The notes: generated by a model not told the origin, from the letters alone. DNA of 40,620 bases from Escherichia coli (GCA_026712415.1 GCA_026712415.1_4696.1), one strand, 5' to 3'; numbered from the stretch's first letter, positions 28,135-37,282 are shown. Made by a program: numbers and translations.

Positions 28135-30060
28135 ATGGCTAACAAAATTTCCACTGTACGTACTTACCCGCTGAACGGTGCCGTGAACTTCACGATTACC
28201 TTTGAGTATTTAGCACGTAAGTTCGTCCAAGTGACACTCATCGGGAAAGACCGTAAAGAGTTGGTTCTCAATCAGGACTATCGCTTTACCACTAAGACCC
28301 AAATCACAACCTCCCGTGCGTGGACTGCTGCCGATGGTTATCAGATGATTGAGATTCGTCGATTCACTTCTGCAACCGACCGTCTGGTTGACTTTGCTGA
28401 TGGCTCAATCCTTCGTGCGTATGACCTTAACATCTCACAGATTCAGACGCTGCACGTAGCTGAAGAGGCACGAGACCTAACTGCGGATACCATTGGTGTC
28501 AACAATGATGGTCACTTGGATGCCCGTGGTCGTAAGATTGTGAACCTAGCGTTCGCTACCAGTGACTACGATGCTGTCCCTCTGAAGCAAGTAAAAGAGC
28601 GCGAGTCGTCTGCTTGGAACGCTGTTAACAAGGCCAATGAACACGCTAACCGCTCTAACACTGAGGCTAACCGATCGCGAGATGAAGCTGACCGTGCAAA
28701 ACGTGAAGCTGACCGCTCAACCCAACAGGCAGGTGTCTCTACGGCACAGGCGGTTGAGTCCAAGAAGCAAGCTGACCGTTCCAACTCTGAGGCTAACCGA
28801 GCTAAAGGTTATGCTGATAGTATGACCGCAAGTGTAGCTGAGGCCAAGAAGCAAGCTGACCGTTCTAACTCTGAGGCCAATCGTGCCCGTGATGAGGCCA
28901 ATCGTGCTGCCGGAGAAGTGACTAAGGCTGCTGCTGAGGTTGCCAAAGCCGCTGCACACGTTGCTACCGCTGATGGACATGCTGACAGAGCCAACACTGA
29001 GGCAAACCGCTCCAAGAGTGAAGCTGACCGTGCAAAGACCGAGGCTGACAAGTTAGGGAATATGAATAACTTAGCGGGAACCATTAAAGCGGTTAATGGT
29101 GAGAACGTTGTTTTTAAGAATGATGTTGTAGCACCCGGACAGATTACTGGTGAAAAGGAAGTAAGGGCTGGCGCAGGTCAATCGTTTAGCGTGTTAACAA
29201 GGAACTCGTTGCAGCTTGTGAACCAGAACTTCGCTGATAGAAATATGAGGTTCTTCGTATGGGGGAATGACCAAGGACGTGCAAACGTATTTGAGTTAGG
29301 TGGTAGCGGTAATGGGTACTATATGTATATCCAGAAGGCTAACCTTAACGACACATTTTGCCAGATGCGAGTGAATGGACATATGGAGGCTGCTGGTGGG
29401 CTTACGGTTGGACAATCAGGTGACTTCACTGGAATCTTACAGACTCGCTCACAGAACCTGCTGATGATTAACTCTGCTCGTCGACATATTCAAATGAAAA
29501 CCAGCGATAACTACACCGATGGTTATCTTTACAAAGACCCCGGCGCTGGGGCGTGGAGGCTTAACTTTGGTCAGGCAGCTAACAGGGAGTATACGTTTGA
29601 TTCAAATGGTACATTAACATCCAACTCAGGCTGGTACATTCCACCAGATGGTAACTTATACATCACGAAGTATGATTCTTACATCGACGGTTGGGTCAAC
29701 AAACGCCTTGGAGAACATGCCTACAATAAAAGCGAAGTAAACAACCTAGTCAATGGACGGTTAACTCAAGCGCAAGCTGATGGTCGATACGTCAATAAGA
29801 ATGCTGGGTGGGCTGAGGTCTGGAAAGGCTCTGCTGGTGGTGGTGTCTCGGTAGGTCTCTCACAGGATGTTCGTTGGAGAACCATCTGGATTCAGACCAA
29901 TGGTCGCTGGAACGCCGTTCCTATTGGTGACAATGCGGCTTACTTCATCTCGTCTGATGGTGGTTGGTTGAAGTTCACAATCTCCAACAACGGCAGAACT
30001 TTCCGTAACGACCAAGCCTACCGTTCAGTCCCTACGCGAATCTTAGTTCAAAACCAATAA
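28135..30060 (+). CDS. tail fiber protein (gene 17)
   Basis: 641 aa; N-terminal tail-attachment domain (FEYLARKFVQVTLIG...DGSILRAYDLN) and C-terminal tip (VWKGSAGGGVSV...YFISSDGGWL) match recalled T7 gp17; central region carries ADRSNSEANRA-type repeats. Confidence 0.93.
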   Translation: MANKISTVRTYPLNGAVNFTITFEYLARKFVQVTLIGKDRKELVLNQDYRFTTKTQITTSRAWTAADGYQMIEIRRFTSATDRLVDFADGSILRAYDLNISQIQTLHVAEEARDLTADTIGVNNDGHLDARGRKIVNLAFATSDYDAVPLKQVKERESSAWNAVNKANEHANRSNTEANRSRDEADRAKREADRSTQQAGVSTAQAVESKKQADRSNSEANRAKGYADSMTASVAEAKKQADRSNSEANRARDEANRAAGEVTKAAAEVAKAAAHVATADGHADRANTEANRSKSEADRAKTEADKLGNMNNLAGTIKAVNGENVVFKNDVVAPGQITGEKEVRAGAGQSFSVLTRNSLQLVNQNFADRNMRFFVWGNDQGRANVFELGGSGNGYYMYIQKANLNDTFCQMRVNGHMEAAGGLTVGQSGDFTGILQTRSQNLLMINSARRHIQMKTSDNYTDGYLYKDPGAGAWRLNFGQAANREYTFDSNGTLTSNSGWYIPPDGNLYITKYDSYIDGWVNKRLGEHAYNKSEVNNLVNGRLTQAQADGRYVNKNAGWAEVWKGSAGGGVSVGLSQDVRWRTIWIQTNGRWNAVPIGDNAAYFISSDGGWLKFTISNNGRTFRNDQAYRSVPTRILVQNQ

Positions 30061-30106
30061 GGACAACATATAGACCACGGATGGTCTCAACAATAAGGAG
30101 GACACA

Positions 30107-30313
30107 ATGTTGTCTTTAGATTTTAACAACGAGGTAGTGAAGGCTGCACCGATTGTAGGGACAGGCGTAGCCGATGGTGCTGCCCGTCTGTTCTTCGGCC
30201 TGTCACTCAACGAGTGGTTCTATGTAGCCGCAATTGCCTACACAGTGGCTCAAATTGGTGCCAAGGTAGTCGATGTGATTATCAAATGGAAGAAGGAGGG
30301 CAAAGATGTCTAA
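30107..30313 (+). CDS. holin, class II (gene 17.5)
   Basis: MLSLDFNNEVVKAAPIVGTGVAD...NEWFYVAAIAYTV matches recalled T7 gp17.5. Confidence 0.93.
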   Translation: MLSLDFNNEVVKAAPIVGTGVADGAARLFFGLSLNEWFYVAAIAYTVAQIGAKVVDVIIKWKKEGKDV

Positions 30314-30575
30314 CGATAAATCATTAATCCAATTCCTTGAGATGCTGGATACTGAGATGGCTCAACGTATGCTGAAAGACCTTCAGGATGACGATAAGCG
30401 CACACCTCAACTGTACAACGCAATCGGGAAACTGTTAGAGCGCCACAAGTTCCAAGTCTCCAAGTTACAGCCAGACCGTAACATCCTTGGTGGACTGGCA
30501 GATGGACTCGAAGAGTACCAGAACATGGTAGGTGCCGATGGTCTCACTGAAGATGAGAAGTACACGCTGAACTGA
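30306..30575 (+). CDS. terminase small subunit (gene 18)
   Basis: 89 aa; FLEMLDTEMAQRML...RTPQLYNAIGKLLERHKFQ matches recalled T7 gp18. Confidence 0.93.
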   Translation: MSNDKSLIQFLEMLDTEMAQRMLKDLQDDDKRTPQLYNAIGKLLERHKFQVSKLQPDRNILGGLADGLEEYQNMVGADGLTEDEKYTLN

Positions 30576-30579
30576 TGGA

Positions 30580-30620
30580 ATAACTCAAGGCCACTACATC
30601 TAGTGGTCTTTATGATATTT
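30580..30620 (+). promoter_or_regulatory. RNase III processing site (R18.5-like)
   Basis: TAACTCAAGGCCACTACATCTAGTGGTCTTTATGAT hairpin motif. Confidence 0.55.
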
Positions 30621-30673
30621 CAACACAACTCACGGTGACGCTACGTGAAATCTGAAAATACGGGAGGGTAGTT

Positions 30674-31117
30674 ATGCTCAAGAATTTAAAGAGCTACGCC
30701 ATAATCGCTGCGTTTGCCTTGGGTATTACCCTTGCGTATAACCACGGATATGACAAAGCTAACACTAAATGGGAACAGGAGGTGCACAATGAGTACGTTA
30801 AGAAAGTTAAGGCGACTGAGGATAAACAGATTGCTATCAATGAAGTCTCACGACAATACCAAGAAGACCTTGCGGCGCTGGAAGGCAGCACTGATAGGGT
30901 CATTAATGATTTGCGTAACGATGGTAAGCGCTTGCGCGTCAAACTATCAGCCACCTCACGAGAACTCCAAGCTAACGGTGGATGCCTCGTTGATGGTCGA
31001 GCCGAACTTGACGAAGAGTTTAGTAAGCGTCTTATCGGAGTAACTCAAAGAGGGGATGCGTGGATTAAGGCGCTCCAAAATACAATAACTGAAATGCAAT
31101 CTAAGAAGGAGAAATAA
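30674..31117 (+). CDS. i-spanin (Rz-like, gene 18.5)
   Basis: N-terminal TM segment, then KWEQEVHNEYVKKV...YQEDLAALEGSTDRVINDLRNDGKRLRV matching recalled T7 gp18.5. Confidence 0.9.
   Translation: MLKNLKSYAIIAAFALGITLAYNHGYDKANTKWEQEVHNEYVKKVKATEDKQIAINEVSRQYQEDLAALEGSTDRVINDLRNDGKRLRVKLSATSRELQANGGCLVDGRAELDEEFSKRLIGVTQRGDAWIKALQNTITEMQSKKEK
30789..31043 (+). CDS. o-spanin (Rz1-like, gene 18.7) embedded in +1 frame of gene 18.5
   Basis: MSTLRKLRRLR...WKAALIGSLMICVTMVSACAS...SLMVEPNLT matches recalled T7 gp18.7, with a lipobox-like Cys. Confidence 0.75.
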   Translation: MSTLRKLRRLRINRLLSMKSHDNTKKTLRRWKAALIGSLMICVTMVSACASNYQPPHENSKLTVDASLMVEPNLTKSLVSVLSE

Positions 31118-31118
31118 T

Positions 31119-31676
31119 ATGGCTACTACAAACTCAAGAACCCGCACACTATGGACCATCAATGGTCGCTCGCCAGACAGTCGTGATGTGTATGACCTCA
31201 ACAATATTGGTATTCGTGTTGGGCGTATCGACATCCCAGCTTCGGAGATGGTTAAGGTAGAGGGGTACTCTAAGGTTGAATACGTTGTTCAACTTAGCGA
31301 TGGCACCACTGAGCAACATGCTACGTTCGAGACCCTTATGTCCACTTGGGGTGGCTCCGTCGAGTCTAAACCGGGTAGCGGGTTCATGACGGTGTTCCTG
31401 AATGAGCAAAGCGCTGAGCGACTCGGTATGGTTCGAATCGACGTATACAAAGAGTGGACTGGTGCTGACCCTGAACCTGAAGGTGGTATGGCTTCCTTAG
31501 TTGGTGCAACGCTTTCTGCGTCTGATAGTGAATTTGGTACACAGTTCGTGGACAGCGAAGGGAAGAGCGCTTCCGTTATGTTCCAACCTAGTAACATCGA
31601 CGGGGCTGTATCTAAGACCGACACTATCAAGGCTCTAGAGAAGCGCATTGCTGCCTTAGAGAAACCTGCCAAGTAA
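31119..31676 (+). CDS. hypothetical accessory protein (185 aa) between spanin and terminase genes
   Basis: Strong RBS AAGGAGAAATAATATG; no recognisable motif; T7, as recalled, has no gene here. Confidence 0.7.
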   Translation: MATTNSRTRTLWTINGRSPDSRDVYDLNNIGIRVGRIDIPASEMVKVEGYSKVEYVVQLSDGTTEQHATFETLMSTWGGSVESKPGSGFMTVFLNEQSAERLGMVRIDVYKEWTGADPEPEGGMASLVGATLSASDSEFGTQFVDSEGKSASVMFQPSNIDGAVSKTDTIKALEKRIAALEKPAK

Positions 31677-31691
31677 CAATAGGAGGCCACA

Positions 31692-33449
31692 ATGTCTACT
31701 CAAGCAAACAAGAATGCGCTCATCGTGGCGCAACTTAAGGGTGACTTCGTGGCCTTCCTGTTCGTCTTATGGAAGGCTCTGAACTTACCTAAACCAACCA
31801 AGTGTCAGATTGATATGGCACGTACACTCGCTAACGGCGACCACAAGAAGTTTATCCTTCAGGCGTTCCGTGGTATCGGCAAGTCCTTTATCACCTGTGC
31901 GTTCGTCGTGTGGGTCTTATGGCGAGACCCTCAACTTAAGGTTCTCATCGTGTCTGCCTCTAAGGAACGTGCTGATGCTAACTCCATCTTCATCAAGAAC
32001 ATCATCGACCTCCTTCCGTTCCTCTCTGAGTTGAAACCTCGACCGGGACAGCGTGACTCCGTGATTAGCTTCGATGTTGGCTTGGCTAAACCCGACCACT
32101 CACCCTCTGTGAAGTCTGTAGGTATCACTGGTCAGTTAACTGGTAGCCGTGCTGACATCATTATCGCAGATGACGTTGAGGTTCCCGGTAATAGCTCTAC
32201 GAGTTCTGCTCGTGAGAAGCTCTGGACGTTGGTAACTGAGTTCGCTGCATTACTTAAGCCGCTGCCTACCTCTCGTGTTATCTACCTTGGCACACCTCAA
32301 ACTGAGATGACGCTCTACAAGGAACTTGAGGATAACAAAGGGTACAGCACAGTAATCTGGCCAGCACAGTATCCACGTAATGACGCTGAGGCTCTCTATT
32401 ATGGCGACCGACTGGCTCCTATGCTCAAGCAAGAGTATGATGAAGGCTATGAGTTACTTCGCGGTCAACCTACTGACCCTGTTCGATTCGATATGGATGA
32501 CCTCCGTGAACGTGAACTCGAATATGGTAAAGCTGGCTACACACTTCAGTTCATGCTTAACCCGAACCTTAGTGATGCCGAGAAGTACCCGCTACGACTC
32601 CGTGATGCTATCGTGTGCGCTGTGGACCCTGAACGTGCCCCATTGTCTTACCAGTGGTTGCCGAACCGTCAGAACCGCAATGAGGAACTCCCTAACGTTG
32701 GTCTGAAGGGTGACGACATCCATGCGTTCCATACGTGCTCTTCTCGTACCGCTGAGTATCAGTCTAAGATTCTGGTCATTGACCCAAGTGGTCGTGGTAA
32801 GGATGAGACCGGGTACGCAGTCCTCTACTCACTTAATGGTTATATCTACTTGATGGAAGTCGGTGGGTTCCGTGGTGGTTACGATGATGCTACCCTAGAG
32901 AAGCTCGCTAAGAAGGCCAAGCAGTGGAAGGTACAGACAGTAGTCCACGAGTCCAACTTCGGTGACGGTATGTTCGGTAAGATTTTCTCTCCGATTCTCC
33001 TGAAGCACCATAAGTGTGCCTTAGAGGAAATCCGTGCTAAGGGCATGAAGGAGATGCGAATCTGCGATACTATCGAACCGTTGATGGGTGCCCACAAGCT
33101 GGTCATTCGTGATGAGGTTATCCGTGAGGACTACCAGACTGCTCGTGACCTTGATGGGAAACATGATGTCCGCTACAGTGCGTTCTATCAGATGACCCGT
33201 ATGACCCGTGAGCGAGGCGCTGTGGCACACGATGACCGCATTGATGCTATCGCATTGGGTATCGAGTTCCTTCGTGAAGGGATGCTTGTGGACAGCCGTG
33301 TAGGTGAAGAAGAGATGACCCTTGAGTTCCTTGAACACCACATGGAGAAACAGACCATTGGTGGTGATGCTATCCATAGCTACGATGTTGGTGGCGTGGA
33401 CATCTACTATGAGGATGATGGAGACTCTAGCTGCTTCATTGAGTGGTAA
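31692..33449 (+). CDS. terminase large subunit (gene 19)
   Basis: 585 aa (T7 586); Walker A-like GIGKSF and conserved ATPase/nuclease blocks. Confidence 0.95.
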   Translation: MSTQANKNALIVAQLKGDFVAFLFVLWKALNLPKPTKCQIDMARTLANGDHKKFILQAFRGIGKSFITCAFVVWVLWRDPQLKVLIVSASKERADANSIFIKNIIDLLPFLSELKPRPGQRDSVISFDVGLAKPDHSPSVKSVGITGQLTGSRADIIIADDVEVPGNSSTSSAREKLWTLVTEFAALLKPLPTSRVIYLGTPQTEMTLYKELEDNKGYSTVIWPAQYPRNDAEALYYGDRLAPMLKQEYDEGYELLRGQPTDPVRFDMDDLRERELEYGKAGYTLQFMLNPNLSDAEKYPLRLRDAIVCAVDPERAPLSYQWLPNRQNRNEELPNVGLKGDDIHAFHTCSSRTAEYQSKILVIDPSGRGKDETGYAVLYSLNGYIYLMEVGGFRGGYDDATLEKLAKKAKQWKVQTVVHESNFGDGMFGKIFSPILLKHHKCALEEIRAKGMKEMRICDTIEPLMGAHKLVIRDEVIREDYQTARDLDGKHDVRYSAFYQMTRMTRERGAVAHDDRIDAIALGIEFLREGMLVDSRVGEEEMTLEFLEHHMEKQTIGGDAIHSYDVGGVDIYYEDDGDSSCFIEW

Positions 33450-33536
33450 TAGATAAGTATGCGGGAAAGGTGCATAGGTAAGCACTTAGTACCGCTACGT
33501 TACCGTTAAGTAACTTACTGATATACATGAAGAAAT

Positions 33537-33559
33537 TAATACGACTCACTATTGGGAAG
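33537..33559 (+). promoter_or_regulatory. T7-type promoter (phiOR-like)
   Basis: TAATACGACTCACTATTGGGAAG. Confidence 0.8.
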
Positions 33560-33715
33560 GGCACCCTAAGACAACTTAAAGACACTTAAAGACTGCATAT
33601 GCAAAGTGCATACTTAGTGACTAACTCTTAGAGACCTTACAGTGAGGGATGATGGTAATAGTAATTACATCCCTACTATCAGTGTAACCATCAAGTATAA
33701 CAAGGAGGACGCTCT

Positions 33716-33871
33716 ATGCGCTTACTATCCGTGCTCAAGACACTGGCAACGCATCGAGTGACCTACAAATTTCTCGTTGTACTTGCTGCTTCCATTGGCC
33801 TCGCATCTAGTGCTGAACACATCGGTGAACTGGAGACTCTGCTTTGTTCTCTACTCACTTGTGTTTCTTAG
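33716..33871 (+). CDS. gp19.5-like small protein
   Basis: AAGGAGG RBS; ...THRVTYKFLVVLAASIG...LLCSLLTC matches recalled T7 gp19.5. Confidence 0.7.
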   Translation: MRLLSVLKTLATHRVTYKFLVVLAASIGLASSAEHIGELETLLCSLLTCVS

Positions 33872-33962
33872 ACTACTCATTGGCGCTTAGTGCGCTCTTA
33901 GTGATTATGGTCGATATTCATCTTCCCTATAATCACTGTAAGAAGTCAACTCTAAGAGTAAC

Positions 33963-34405
33963 CCTTATGTACCCTCTATGGTCTACAGGGTCTCTTAGGG
34001 TCTCTCACGTAGTCTCACCTTATGATATAGCCTCTGTGGTTAACCTTATGAGACTTGATGTACCCCTTTAAGAATCCTACAGAAAAATCTGAGTGAGTAT
34101 CTCATAGTTCATAAACACCGAGTCCCCCCCCCTATGGCCTCCTTCAGTCCACCCAAAGAGCCTTCCTCTATGGTAACTCATGGTTTACCTGAAGTCAATC
34201 CTTTTGTGAGACATTGGGTTAACTCTAGGTGTAACCACTAGATATGGTGCTTAGTGATACCTTATGACCACTATATGTAGTCCTCTCTGTGTCCCTATCT
34301 GTAAGTGACCCTAGAGTTATCACCTTATGTCACCTCCTTATGTCTATCCTTATGGCTGCCTATCCTTATGTTAACCTTCAGTCAGTGCCTTATGTTTATC
34401 AGTGA
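33963..34405 (+). repeat. dispersed CCTTATG heptamer repeats (9 copies) flanking the predicted genome terminus, analogous to the T7 CCTAAAG end repeats
   Basis: Copies at 33963, 34018, 34044, 34260, 34334, 34347, 34359, 34375, 34399; five are clustered at 12-24 bp spacing. Confidence 0.7.
34100..34330 (+). other. predicted physical left end of the packaged genome and collapsed direct terminal repeat (extent approximate)
   Basis: TCTCATAGTTCA...CCCCCCCCC at 34100 resembles the recalled T3/T7 left terminus (TCTCA...); lies between gene 19.5 and the early promoters. Confidence 0.4.
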
Positions 34406-34534
34406 CCAATAGGCTTCGTCACAAAGGGAAATCACTATCTCACTCTGTTTAGCAGTCCCTGAGTGATGAGAGGGACAAGTAGAATCGACTGAGTGCCTAT
34501 AGTGCCTTAAAGGTGGCTGATAGTCAATAGCCTT

Positions 34535-34557
34535 TAATGCGACTCACTATTGAGGAA
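34535..34557 (+). promoter_or_regulatory. T7-type promoter (phiOL-like)
   Basis: TAATGCGACTCACTATTGAGGAA. Confidence 0.65.
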
Positions 34558-34590
34558 TAGCTAATACTGGTCATCCTCTCTTTATGTCCA

Positions 34591-34620
34591 CTATAAGAGA
34601 CTATAAGAGACTATAAGACC
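34591..34620 (+). repeat. 3 x 10-bp tandem repeat (CTATAAGAGA)
   Basis: ctataagaga ctataagaga ctataagacc immediately downstream of phiOL. Confidence 0.85.
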
Positions 34621-34658
34621 ACTTAAAGAGAGACTTTGAGATTCTTTAAGATTGAGGG

Positions 34659-34690
34659 TTGACATTGATAATAGCTTATGAGACTATAGC
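34659..34690 (+). promoter_or_regulatory. host sigma70 early promoter (A1-like)
   Basis: -35 TTGACA, 17-bp spacer, -10 region GACTAT/TATAGC; layout like T7 A1. Confidence 0.65.
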
Positions 34691-34793
34691 AACCGTTGAG
34701 AGACACAGCGCTACCAACCACTAGACAAGACCTAGAGTTATCTGGTGAGGCGGGAATGTCTCAAGTAGTCATCAACCAGACACACGAAAGTGG

Positions 34794-34822
34794 TTGACTC
34801 AACGAAAGCAATAACGTAGTAT
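34794..34822 (+). promoter_or_regulatory. host sigma70 early promoter (A2-like)
   Basis: -35 TTGACT, 17-bp spacer, -10 TAGTAT. Confidence 0.7.
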
Positions 34823-34888
34823 AGCAGTCGTCAACAACTGGTCGCCCTCTGAAACAACATGAGGTGTCACGGTGAGAAACAAAAGTAG

Positions 34889-34918
34889 TTGACAAGTAGC
34901 AACAACAAGATGTAAGAT
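34889..34918 (+). promoter_or_regulatory. host sigma70 early promoter (A3-like)
   Basis: -35 TTGACA, 18-bp spacer, -10 TAAGAT (same hexamers as T7 A2). Confidence 0.7.
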
Positions 34919-35034
34919 GTACGACATAACGTTCTTGTGAAGTCCTACACTGAAAGGGACTCGGTGCTAACAAACCTGCACTTAAAGCTCTTTAACAATT
35001 TGGTGACAATAGCACTCTTGAGATGGCGGCACTA

Positions 35035-35082
35035 GCGATTAACTCAAGGTGACTCGAAAGAGAAGCCTTTATGATAATCACT
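35035..35082 (+). promoter_or_regulatory. RNase III processing site (R0.3-like)
   Basis: TTAACTCAAGGTGACTCGAAAGAGAAGCCTTTATGATAATCAC. Confidence 0.6.
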
Positions 35083-35106
35083 GTAACCAACATCGAGGCA
35101 ATCATC

Positions 35107-35565
35107 ATGATTCACACTAAAGAGCAAGCTAATGTTTTCTATGTACTGGTAAGCGCATTCCGTTCTAACCTCGACGATGAGGTCAACATGAGTCGCCACC
35201 GCCACATGGTTAACAACCTGCGCAACGCACCGGGTCTTTATGGTAGCGTTGAGTCTACCGATTTAACTGGCTGTTACCGCGAAGCCATCTCAAGTGCACC
35301 AACTGAAGAGAAAACAATCCGTGTACGTTGTAAAGACAAGGCACAGGTTCTCAATGTCGCACGTCTGGCATGTAATGAGTGGGAACAAGATTGCGTGCTG
35401 GTCTATAAATCACAGACTCACACGGCTGGCTTAGTGTACGCTAAAGGCATCGACGGGTACAAAGCTGAACGTCTACATGGTAGCTTCCAAGAAGTCCCAC
35501 GCACCGAGGCACTGAAAGGCTGCTTCACTATTGATGAGTTCGGTCGCCGCTGGCAAGTACAGTAA
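35107..35565 (+). CDS. S-adenosylmethionine lyase ('SAMase', T3 gene 0.3 type anti-restriction protein)
   Basis: 152 aa from ATG 35107; near-identical over most of its length to recalled T3 SAMase (NVFYVLVSAFRSNL...GSVESTDLTGCYREAISSAPTEEKT...CFTIDEFGRRWQVQ). ORF-track start 35071 lies inside the RNase III hairpin. Confidence 0.9.
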   Translation: MIHTKEQANVFYVLVSAFRSNLDDEVNMSRHRHMVNNLRNAPGLYGSVESTDLTGCYREAISSAPTEEKTIRVRCKDKAQVLNVARLACNEWEQDCVLVYKSQTHTAGLVYAKGIDGYKAERLHGSFQEVPRTEALKGCFTIDEFGRRWQVQ

Positions 35566-35567
35566 GT

Positions 35568-35615
35568 GATAAACTCAAGGTCGCTCAATATGAGTGGCCT
35601 TTCATGATTATCATT
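35568..35615 (+). promoter_or_regulatory. RNase III processing site
   Basis: GATAAACTCAAGGTCGCTCAATATGAGTGGCCTTTCATGATTATC. Confidence 0.6.
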
Positions 35616-35638
35616 TAACATGCAATAGGACTAACACC

Positions 35639-35839
35639 ATGAGTAAACTTCTGGCAACATCTAAAATCAAAGGTCAATGCACTGTAACACTGCGAGAGTA
35701 TGATCACGGGGCAATGGGTAGCACCTACGTTGTACGATACGGTAAACAAGTCACGCATTGGGTGAACGAGGTTTTGGCGCAGGAAGAATACCAAGCCTGC
35801 GTGATACACCAAGCAACATGTGCAGGCTGGAATGACTGA
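35639..35839 (+). CDS. hypothetical early protein (66 aa)
   Basis: First ATG downstream of the RNase III hairpin; Cys/His-containing small protein. Confidence 0.5.
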   Translation: MSKLLATSKIKGQCTVTLREYDHGAMGSTYVVRYGKQVTHWVNEVLAQEEYQACVIHQATCAGWND

Positions 35840-35883
35840 TGGCGCGATTTGCACGCACTGGACAATAGCCTTTTAGTCTAACC

Positions 35884-35930
35884 AGTGATAAACTCAAGGT
35901 CGCTCCTAGCGAGTGGCCTTTATGATTATC
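35884..35930 (+). promoter_or_regulatory. RNase III processing site (R0.5-like)
   Basis: GATAAACTCAAGGTCGCTCCTAGCGAGTGGCCTTTATGATTATCAC, near-identical to recalled T7 R0.5. Confidence 0.7.
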
Positions 35931-35960
35931 ACTTTTGAAACAACGCACGGGATTAATATC

Positions 35961-36098
35961 ATGCTGAAACATTACGTTATGCCTATCCATACCAAGAACG
36001 GCGCTACAGTTTGCACACCTGATGGCTTCGCAATGAAACAGCGAATCGAACGCCTTAAGCGTGAACTGCGCACCAACCGCAAGCTCAACAACATCTAA
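35961..36098 (+). CDS. gp0.6-like small protein
   Basis: MLKHYVMPIHTKNGATVCTPDGFAMKQRIERLKRELRTNRK matches recalled T7 gp0.6. Confidence 0.75.
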   Translation: MLKHYVMPIHTKNGATVCTPDGFAMKQRIERLKRELRTNRKLNNI

Positions 36099-36123
36099 AT
36101 CTAACTAAATAGGACACAATCTA

Positions 36124-37209
36124 ATGAACTACACCGACATTCAGGCACGTCTGGAAATCATCAAGTCTCTTCCGATTAGTGACTTGGACAAGCGCCAGCC
36201 TCTTCTGGTTGCACTGGCTGCTGACATCGTGAACGGTGAAACATGCGATGGTAACGATACAAACGGGTCGCAGTGTCTTGAGTATCAGGACTGGTGGAAC
36301 ACCTTGGGCGCTCTCATGCGTGATGCAGGTTTTCGTATGTTGGGTAATGGTCATTTTAGTGCGGCCTACTCGCACGAAATGTTACCGGGTCGAGTCATCA
36401 AGGTTGGCTTTAAGAAAGAGGATTCAGGCGCAGCATACACTGCATTCTGTAGGATGCACCAAGGCCGAGCGGGTATCCCTAACATCTATCACGTAGCACG
36501 TCATGCAGGTTGCTATACGGTCGTACTGGACCGCTTACATAGCTGTGACGACGATAATTATGACCATGAGGTATACGCTGACCTCGCACGTTACTTTGTG
36601 GAGTCGGATTGCCATGACGCAAGCGACTTTGCACCGGGTGACTACGAGTTCATCGAGACTTGCAAAATGATTCGTGAGTTCTTCAAAGGGATTGCATCTT
36701 TCGACATGCACAGCGGGAACATTATGTTCGACGATAACGATGTTCCGTACATCACTGACCCAGTCAGCTTCTCACATGACCGTGAACGTGAGGACGGTTT
36801 CCCTCTGGACCCTGAAGCACTGCTGGCCGAGGTCGAGGCTGTAGCGCAAGAACGCATGATTGAACGATGTCGCAACCGCAAGGCCAAGCGTGACCCTAAC
36901 GGCTCCTTTCAGGTTAACCGCAAGGCCGCAATGAAACGCCGCAAGCGTAACCGTAAGTTACACGTCAAAGGTATGGCACAGTTTGTTAAAGGTCGCATCG
37001 AACGCAGGGCCATTGATAGGAACGAACGCCGCGCTGAGATGCTCATGGGGTCTGCATGGAATAACTTCTGGTTCCGCAATGGTCCCTCAGCGGCACGCAA
37101 GGTTGAACAAGTGAACGGCCTCAAGTGGCAACTAGGGGACCGCCTAGCAATCCAAGCGGGTCTCCCTCTGAACATTGACAAGTTACTTGACGCACAACTG
37201 CAAGGCTGA
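36124..37209 (+). CDS. serine/threonine protein kinase and host-transcription shutoff protein (gene 0.7)
   Basis: 361 aa; DWWNTLGALMRDAGFRMLGNGHFSAAY...VIKVGFKKEDSGAAYTAFCRM...FDMHSGNIMF...VPYITDPVSFS match recalled T7 gp0.7. Confidence 0.93.
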   Translation: MNYTDIQARLEIIKSLPISDLDKRQPLLVALAADIVNGETCDGNDTNGSQCLEYQDWWNTLGALMRDAGFRMLGNGHFSAAYSHEMLPGRVIKVGFKKEDSGAAYTAFCRMHQGRAGIPNIYHVARHAGCYTVVLDRLHSCDDDNYDHEVYADLARYFVESDCHDASDFAPGDYEFIETCKMIREFFKGIASFDMHSGNIMFDDNDVPYITDPVSFSHDREREDGFPLDPEALLAEVEAVAQERMIERCRNRKAKRDPNGSFQVNRKAAMKRRKRNRKLHVKGMAQFVKGRIERRAIDRNERRAEMLMGSAWNNFWFRNGPSAARKVEQVNGLKWQLGDRLAIQAGLPLNIDKLLDAQLQG

Positions 37210-37211
37210 TA

Positions 37212-37255
37212 AGGTGTATCTTCAAGGTCGGCACTGACTGCTGGCCTTTATAGAT
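37212..37255 (+). promoter_or_regulatory. RNase III processing site (R1-like)
   Basis: Hairpin GGTCGGCACTGACTGCTGGCC between the kinase and RNAP genes. Confidence 0.5.
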
Positions 37256-37282
37256 AAACTTTCTTAACAACGTGAGGCAACA

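Noticed and set aside
32380-32706. + strand ORF (108 aa) nested inside the terminase large subunit gene, possibly gene 19.2/19.3-like.
   Set aside because: No RBS and no conserved features; could be a chance open frame.
33844-34071. 75-aa + strand ORF overlapping the gp19.5 stop and the terminal repeat region.
   Set aside because: It lies in the repeat-rich concatemer junction with no RBS; more likely noncoding packaging sequence.
34124-34132. 9-nt poly-C tract.
   Set aside because: Likely part of the conserved terminus motif; homopolymer length may be a sequencing uncertainty, not a regulatory element.
33963-34405. CCTTATG repeat cluster as a possible CRISPR array.
   Set aside because: Units are 7 bp with irregular 12-200 bp spacing and no repeat-spacer periodicity; they match the terminal repeats of T7-like genome ends.
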